Below, in pieces: positions 35,967-44,319 of a stretch of 44,319 nt of DNA (within the stretch, counting starts at the first letter, position 1; every line of letters starts with the position of its first letter). Where the stretch lies: the NCBI RefSeq assembly GCF_001194135.2, contig NC_068981.1, positions 29,053,896-29,098,214 of the forward strand, in the 5' to 3' direction. Source of the stretch: Octopus bimaculoides (taxonomy: Eukaryota). Made by a program: the position numbers and the translations under genes. A model generated the notes under the pieces. It ran no database searches and was not told the origin of the DNA. It saw only the letters and a list, made by a program, of their open reading frames with translations.

Positions 35967-38525
35967 CACACACAAATAATGAGTTATGTTTATAAGAGTA
36001 TAAATTTCCCACTCGTTAACGATTTTTGATATTTTCAGTGTGTGTGTTTGTGTGTGTGTCTGTGTGTCTGTGTGGGTGTGTGAGTGTGTGTTTGTGTGTG
36101 TGTACGTGCGTGGCATTTCCCCTTTCCTTTATTCCTTTTTACAGTAATCTACATGCCAATATACCTGAATACATTTTTGTGCAGTTAATTTGTGTTTCCC
36201 CCTCAAGAATTCTGAAAGAAAGAAATTTTCCTTGATATTTATAGGAATCCAGGATATTCATTATATCATATATATCAATTCATCTTGATGACATATAAAA
36301 TCATCTGGTAAGAGAGACGGTTGTCGAAATACCAGAAGCAAAAACCATAGAGGCAAGCAATAATAATTCTCTTAAATATTTTTAATCTCTTTATCCTAAA
36401 CTCTGTCTATTAAGGATACAATATATTTCATTTTCGGTCAACTTTGCCTTTTATCCCTTCACATGTATTTGTACATCGCCCTCGCCCCGCACACAAATCT
36501 CCAATCTCAGAAATCTTCAATCCGAAGAGAAGAGAAATTGACTTTTTCTCTTCAAAATTTCTACCCCTCAAAAAGGTCTGTATTATCCAAATCGTTTTTT
36601 TCCCCCACACATCTCGAAAAATATCACATAAATTACACACACACAACACAGGAACTCGTACATGCAAAAAAAGAAAAAAATCTTCGTGCACATTCTACTG
36701 TATGTGTATATATATGCATGTGTATATATATATATATATATATNNNNNNNNNNNNNNNNNNNNNNNNNNNNNNNNNNNNNNNNNNNNNNNNNNNNNNNNN
36801 NNNNNNNNNNNNNNNNNNNNNNNNNNNNNNNNNNNNNNNNNNNNNNNNNNNNNNNNNNNNNNNNNNNNNNNNNNNNNNNNNNNNNNNNNNNNNNNNNNNN
36901 NNNNNNNNNNNNNNNNNNNNNNNNNNNNNNNNNNNNNNNNNNNNNNNNNNNNNNNNNNNNNNNNNNNNNNNNNNNNNNNNNNNNNNNNNNNNNNNNNNNN
37001 NNNNNNNNNNNNNNNNNNNNNNNNNNNNNNNNNNNNNNNNNNNNNNNNNNNNNNNNNNNNNNNNNNNNNNNNNNNNNNNNNNNNNNNNNNNNNNNNNNNN
37101 NNNNNNNNNNNNNNNNNNNNNNNNNNNNNNNNNNNNNNNNNNNNNNNNNNNNNNNNNNNNNNNNNNNNNNNNNNNNNNNNNNNNNNNNNNNNNNNNNNNN
37201 NNNNNNNNNNNNNNNNNNNNNNNNNNNNNNNNNNNNNNNNNNNNNNNNNNNNNNNNNNNNNNNNNNNNNNNNNNNNNNNNNNNNNNNNNNNNNNNNNNNN
37301 NNNNNNNNNNNNNNNNNNNNNNNNNNNNNNNATATATATATATATATATATATATACATGCACAAATGGTCACACTGTAAAATCATGTGTATATACAAGA
37401 CCACGTTGCCATAGCTCGATTAATACACTTTTAACAAAAATAATCACACGTGTGACAAAACAAACAAGGGAAGACACAAATCCTAACGGACACATATTTT
37501 TTTTGAATTATTGTAAGATTCATATATTCATCTAAAGAAAACGTTTTTACAATGATACAATGTTGTCATTCATCAATTAAAAATTCGTTAGAAATGGCTG
37601 TAATCGATTGACACACGTCCATCAATTGTCTTTTATTTCTATTCTATTCACCTATCTCGGAAGATGCCCTTTGTATATCCCGGAATATATTATGGATTTC
37701 ATATCTAATTAAAAATGTACATGTCTGAATAACTCAAGAGTAGATTATATACTTATTTAGGTCCAGTTAACTGCAGTTATCATTCAGCCAGTACTCTTGT
37801 ACCAACTTTGGTATTCATCTGTATTTGTGGTATGTGTGTCTGTGTGTATACATACATACATATATATATATATATAATATATATATATATANNNNNNNNN
37901 NNNNNNNNNNNNNNNNNNNNNNNNNNNNNNNNNNNNNNNNNNNNNNNNNNNNNNNNNNNNNNNNNNNNNNNNNNNNNNNNNNNNNNNNNNNNNNNNNNNN
38001 NNNNNNNNNNNNNNNNNNNNNNNNNNNNNNNNNNNNNNNNNNNNNNNNNNNNNNNNNNNNNNNNNNNNNNNNNNNNNNNNNNNNNNNNNNNNNNNNNNNN
38101 NNNNNNNNNNNNNNNNNNNNNNNNNNNNNNNNNNNNNNNNNNNNNNNNNNNNNNNNNNNNNNNNNNNNNNNNNNNNNNNNNNNNNNNNNNNNNNNNNNNN
38201 NNNNNNNNNNNNNNNNNNNNNNNNNNNNNNNNNNNNNNNNNNNNNNNNNNNNNNNNNNNNNNNNNNNNNNNNNNNNNNNNNNNNNNNNNNNNNNNNNNNN
38301 NNNNNNNNNNNNNNNNNNNNNNNNNNNNNNNNNNNNNNNNNNNNNNNNNNNNNNNNNNNNNNNNNNNNNNNNNNNNNNNNNNNNNNNNNNNNNNNNNNNN
38401 NNNNNNNNNNNNNNNNNNNNNNNNNNNNNNNNNNNNNNNNNNNNNNNNNNNNNNNNNNNNNNNNNNNNNNNNNNNNNNNNNNNNNNNNNNNNNNNNNNNN
38501 NNNNNNNNNNNNNNNNNNNNNNNNN

Positions 38526-38568
<43 letters not shown>

Positions 38569-39823
38569 CACACACACACACACACAACTTGTTTCAGTCA
38601 TAAGATTACGGCCTTGCTGGGATACATAATATAATAAAGTATATATATATGTATGTATATTTAATTTAAAAGTTTAGATAAGAAAAGCAAATGGTGAAAA
38701 CCAGGAATCGGACGCGCCTTCAACATTAGAAACATTGGAATACAATAGGTGCAACAATTTGAACACAAGGGAGAAATTTGCATACCTGTTTAGACTGTTA
38801 TTGAAAACTCTTTTCATTTAAAAAATCTATCTGTCGAACTTTCTTTATTTTACAGTACTTTTATTAATATTAAAAACAAAGAGCGAAACGAACCGATAAT
38901 GCTTTTCATTCTTAATTCGTTTCGGTAGATTTGTCCTTTCGACTGTTGTCTTTCATTTTTGATTTACTTATTATCGCACGCTCACATGGATCTTCTACGT
39001 CCTTCCGAAGATGGTTGGGAGTATTTAATTACTTGATTACCTTACACTTTGATTACCTTCCACTTTGATTACGTTACACCTTCGAATTCCCTTGTAGTAC
39101 GTCGACTTTGTGTCTTTGATTATGCTACTTACTGTTCGGTTTCGCCTTCTGTCGATCTGTATTGAAAATACACTCGATTTTGTGACGTAAGCGGTCTTAG
39201 AGACACCGTTGTTTCCGCTAACATTTAAAGTTCAAATCGTTATAAAGATAAAAAATTAAAATTAAAAAGAAAAAGCATTTAAAACTTACGAACCTACAGC
39301 TGCATAGAGGAAGAATCGAAACTTACACGCTGATCTGAAATATTGGAAACTAAACTTTATTGATGAAAGCCAAATTAATATAATATACAATATTCCTAAG
39401 CTAAATTGTGCGTACATACTGGTATGATTATTAAAAGTTGTGGGCAGTTGCGATAACTTATATTAATTGAACGTTCTTCATAATACAGAAACATTACAGA
39501 CCTAAAAATAAACGAACATTAAATCGTTATGGGGAGCAGTTTCTTAAAATGTAATGTTTATGTAACACAAGACTAAACTATGATTCATTTCTGTGCGTAG
39601 TTTACATGTAGAGTCATGCGATATGATTTACAAATCTGATAACATTATTTGCCCACCCAGACTCAATATACATAGAAATCATATATACGCGAAAATAAGC
39701 ATACATACACACGCTACGCTAGCTCATAGAGGCACATATGCACGTACACTCTTATATTTGCGTAACGATAACTGTCAATCAATTAATACAGCTACCTTAC
39801 ATTATGTACATAAATGCATATTT

Positions 39824-39862
<39 letters not shown>

Positions 39863-41412
39863 NNNNNNNNNNNNNNNNNNNNNNNNNNNNNNNNNNNNNN
39901 NNNNNNNNNNNNNNNNNNNNNNNNNNNNNNNNNNNNNNNNNNNNNNNNNNNNNNNNNNNNNNNNNNNNNNNNNNNNNNNNNNNNNNNNNNNNNNNNNNNN
40001 NNNNNNNNNNNNNNNNNNNNNNNNNNNNNNNNNNNNNNNNNNNNNNNNNNNNNNNNNNNNNNNNNNNNNNNNNNNNNNNNNNNNNNNNNNNNNNNNNNNN
40101 NNNNNNNNNNNNNNNNNNNNNNNNNNNNNNNNNNNNNNNNNNNNNNNNNNNNNNNNNNNNNNNNNNNNNNNNNNNNNNNNNNNNNNNNNNNNNNNNNNNN
40201 NNNNNNNNNNNNNNNNNNNNNNNNNNNNNNNNNNNNNNNNNNNNNNNNNNNNNNNNNNNNNNNNNNNNNNNNNNNNNNNNNNNNNNNNNNNNNNNNNNNN
40301 NNNNNNNNNNNNNNNNNNNNNNNNNNNNNNNNNNNNNNNNNNNNNNNNNNNNNNNNNNNNNNNNNNNNNNNNNNNNNNNNNNNNNNNNNNNNNNNNNNNN
40401 NNNNNNNNNNNNNNNNNNNNNNNNNNNNNNNNNNNNNNNNNNNNNNNNNNNNNNNNNNNNNNNNNNNNNNNNNNNNNNNNNNNNNNNNNNNNNNNNNNNN
40501 NNNNNNNNNNNNNNNNNNNNNNNNNNNNNNNNNNNNNNNNNNNNNNNNNNNNNNNNNNNNNNNNNNNNNNNNNNNNNNNNNNNNNNNNNNNNNNNNNNNN
40601 NNNNNNNNNNNNNNNNNNNNNNNNNNNNNNNNNNNNNNNNNNNNNNNNNNNNNNNNNNNNNNNNNNNNNNNNNNNNNNNNNNNNNNNNNNNNNNNNNNNN
40701 NNNNNNNNNNNNNNNNNNNNNNNNNNNNNNNNNNNNNNNNNNNNNNNNNNNNNNNNNNNNNNNNNNNNNNNNNNNNNNNNNNNNNNNNNNNNNNNNNNNN
40801 NNNNNNNNNNNNNNNNNNNNNNNNNNNNNNNNNNNTATATATATATATATATATATATATATGCTTGTGATCTTTGTAGAAATTTGGATTGTTTCAGTAG
40901 GAAGGAATATGTAAGTCTGGTTAAGTCGACCGAGGTTGAAGAGGCATAGTATTCGAAATATTATGGTGCCGACAGTCTGGCAGCGGTATAATTTTAACTT
41001 TGTAAAGGGAACGGCAAAAGCTCTCTAGGGAACTCTCACTTATCCTAAACTGTAATAAGGAATTCTTTGATTTAATATCGTCCTTATTTAATATCAAGTA
41101 GGCTTTCAAGGAGAAAGCGAATTCATACAAGCAGTGATAAACCTCACTCATTCTTTTGCGTTTTCCCTCACTGATACAAATAACTACACACGTGCATACA
41201 TACACATGGTCTTTCCTCAAGAATCTCAACCTTTGATTTTTTTTTTCACACATGCTCTTCAGTCGCCGGTATCTAGTTCTCTTTGTGGTTCTTAGCAAAT
41301 TTACGTTCTTTGGCTGAACCTATATTCGTATATCTAGTTCTATCAATGTAACTTATTCTCTCTCGCTTTCTCAATGGAGAAATTATAATTAGATATGGAC
41401 TTTATAATTTAT

Positions 41413-41432
41413 AGATAGGTAGATAGACAGAC

Positions 41433-41500
<68 letters not shown>
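41413..41500. repeat. (GATA)n microsatellite
   Basis: Read directly. Confidence 0.95.
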
Positions 41501-41718
41501 TGATAAATATCTATGCACACATTTACAACAGCACATACAGGCACCCCCTTATATATATATACGAAGATAGATCTAATAGGCTAAAAGAAACTATCAAAAA
41601 CACAATTCATATAAAATATTGGTGAGGGTGTATAAGGTGTATTTATGTGCGTGTATATACACCCATATGTAATTAGATCCATACACACACATACGCACGT
41701 ATATGCAGACACACATTG

Positions 41719-41775
<57 letters not shown>

Positions 41776-42192
41776 TGTAAACCCACATTTCTCGATGCTT
41801 TTTGTTTATGTTTTTTTTTAGATAGGAAAATAGCATTTGCTAACTCCTCATTAGTAATCAGTTAATTTTCTTTTCCACCTACAGCATAGATGCTTATAGC
41901 CATTCATATTATACCATCATTCACACAGATCTAATGTTGTTTTTCTTATTCACACAACATGGAAAGCATAAAAAATTTGAATAAATTAATTAATAGAAGA
42001 AACACTACTGGAGGTAATGTAGAATTGTAATAAATAATTTTGACGATAAATTTTACTGTAATCTAATTTGAGTTTTTTGTGAAGGTTACTTTTAAACAGC
42101 TTGATATTTAAGAGCGATTTGATAAGCTAGACACTTTGGTTAATGCACAAACATTTCTCTATGTTTTGCATGTATATATATACATAGATGCA

Positions 42193-42234
<42 letters not shown>

Positions 42235-42235
<1 letters not shown>

Positions 42236-42487
42236 TGTGTGGTGCATAATTATTGCGGCTTTTTATCAAATTTTATTCAACAAAGGCAATAACAATGTTT
42301 AACAAAAACATCTTTAAATGACGGTCTGCTTGTCTGCCAAACAAATGGGAAGCAGTAATTGAAGTAGATGGTGAATATGCTCCGGAATAATCATTTAAAG
42401 ATGTTTCTGTTAAGTGTTGTTATTGTTTATATTTAATAACATTTGTTGAAAAAAAAAAAAAGCCTCAATAATTATGCACCTACCCAA
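42235..42487 (+). mobile_element. Mariner deletion derivative (MITE) with long TIRs and a transposase C-terminal remnant
   Basis: Ends ttgtgtggtgcataattattgcggctttt / ttgggtaggtgcataattattgaggctttt, with inner inverted segments caataacaa..aacatctttaaatga. The central ~70 bp encodes LPNKWEAVIEVDGEYAPE*, like mariner C-termini. Confidence 0.8.
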
Positions 42488-42802
42488 TATATATATTCTT
42501 CTTTTACTTGTTTCAGTTATTTGACTGTGGCCATGTTGGAGCACCGTCTTTATATATATATATATATATATACATACATACATACGTATGTATACTTATA
42601 TATACATATATATATATTTTTAGTCGTTTGATATTTTAATTTATCTTAGTTTGTTAATTTTTTGATAACTTGACACGCTTTAGAAGTTTTGTAGATTTTT
42701 AGTCGTTTATATTTACCTTTTTGATAAGCTGTTCTGTATTTGTATTTTATTCGCATATATATGTTAACCCTCTGTGTTTTTATGTATACGTATATTTTTA
42801 TA

Positions 42803-43177
42803 TACTCTTTTACCTGTTTCAGTCTTTTGACTGTGGCCATGCTGGAGCACCGCCTTTAGTCTAGCAAATCGACCCAGGACTTATTCTTTGGAAGCCTAGT
42901 ACTTACTCTATCGGTCTCCTTTGCCGAACCGCTAAGTTACGGGGACATAAACACACCAGCATCGGTTGTTAAGCGATCTTGGGGGGACAAACCCAGACAT
43001 ACAAACACATAAACTGAAAGAAGCCCGTCGTATATATATACATATATACGACGGGCTTCTTTTGGTCGGCCCGAGGCTATAGTAGAAGACACTTGCCCAA
43101 GATGCCACGCAGTGGGACTGAACCCGGGACCATGTGGTTGGTAAGCAAGCTACTTACCACACAGCCACTCCTACGCC
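42803..43177 (-). mobile_element. Nearly complete bipartite OR-like SINE with an internal deletion and inversion
   Basis: 5' head at 43062-43177 and 3' half at 42803-43010, joined through a short TA tract flanked by an inverted duplication. Confidence 0.9.
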
Positions 43178-43372
43178 AATATGTTTAAGAACAATGGTAA
43201 TATTTATATATGATTAAATGTTTGAGGTATGGTGTTATATATAAAGTCGTTGACTCGAATCTGATGTTTTTTCTATGACCAATGTTTCTTTATCTTTGTC
43301 TCATTTACACTTTTTTGCAGTCCTGTAAACCCTTTTGTTTCAAAACAATGAGACAAATATTATTTCTTGTCG

Positions 43373-43446
<74 letters not shown>

Positions 43447-44252
43447 TTTTCATGCAATAGAAAATTGAGTACTTAAATTCTGTAACCGAGTACATGGTTT
43501 ATATATTTCAAGATGCAAGTTTTACATCACTGAAATTTTCCATACATGCCTGAGAATCGCCGGCTTGAGAAAATTTGATTGCGATGTAAATATTCCTTTG
43601 AAATGAATTTTCGCACTCTACAAACACACACACATACACACACATACACTGTCTCTCTCTCTCTCATTAAAATTACTTTTTCGTGGTTTAACTCCCCATT
43701 TTAGCATGTAAGAAGTCATGTCATCGGTTCTTCTCCTTGTGTATATATATTTATACGCTTTTATATATGAAGTTATATTGTCTTATAATTGTATTATTAC
43801 GCATGCGAACTACTGGAAATAAATTATTCTAATGTTTTACCCTTATGATTTACATAGTAAAACTTCCTAATTCTGAGGCTTATAGTACGCAGTTTAAAAT
43901 TAATTATTTGCTGCTGGCTATGTGAATGTGCCTACGCACTTGATTTGAATCCATAATGTTATATGAATGCAGCTTACACGTGTTTTTTCGGTTCGTATGA
44001 AGCTACATAATTATGCATTGTTTTAGCGATCCTACTGATGAACTACGGATGACAAATTAATTTATTTGCTCATTAATAGGGAAACTCGAGTATGGGATTA
44101 TCTAAAAAGAATAATTCCTTTCATTTTAGTGCTTTATCGGCGTGCCTTTAGAATTATATTTTCGTGGTTTTGTTTAACAGGCTTTTTAGCATGTAAGAAA
44201 TCCTGTCATGGGTTCTTCTCTTTGTATATATATCTTTACACACTCTTATAAG

Positions 44253-44319
<67 letters not shown>

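Overview
Eukaryotic, AT-rich, repeat-dominated genomic DNA, most likely an octopus (cephalopod) short-read scaffold. That inference rests on the SINE families, the very high microsatellite density and 14 N-gaps, most flanked by (TA)n or other simple repeats. No conserved cellular protein is recognisable, and most of the supplied ORFs are microsatellite or N-gap artefacts. Well supported: tandem arrays and dispersed copies of two tRNA-derived SINE families; three stacked 3' ends of an R4/Dong-like RLE non-LTR retrotransposon (~8.3-10.1 kb); a Helentron-associated (HINE/DINE-like) remnant; an internally deleted Tc1; a decayed DD41D-type Tc1/mariner; and two mariner/Tc1 MITEs. The most unusual unexplained structure is a ~408-bp foldback at 17833-18240. 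Its 12-nt loop is exactly a minus-strand splice acceptor, and its arm mismatches show 3-nt periodicity. There is also weak, hand-assembled evidence for a minus-strand multi-exon gene ending at 15030 and for microexons near 39.1-39.3 kb. No rRNA, true tRNA gene, CRISPR array or prokaryotic feature was found.
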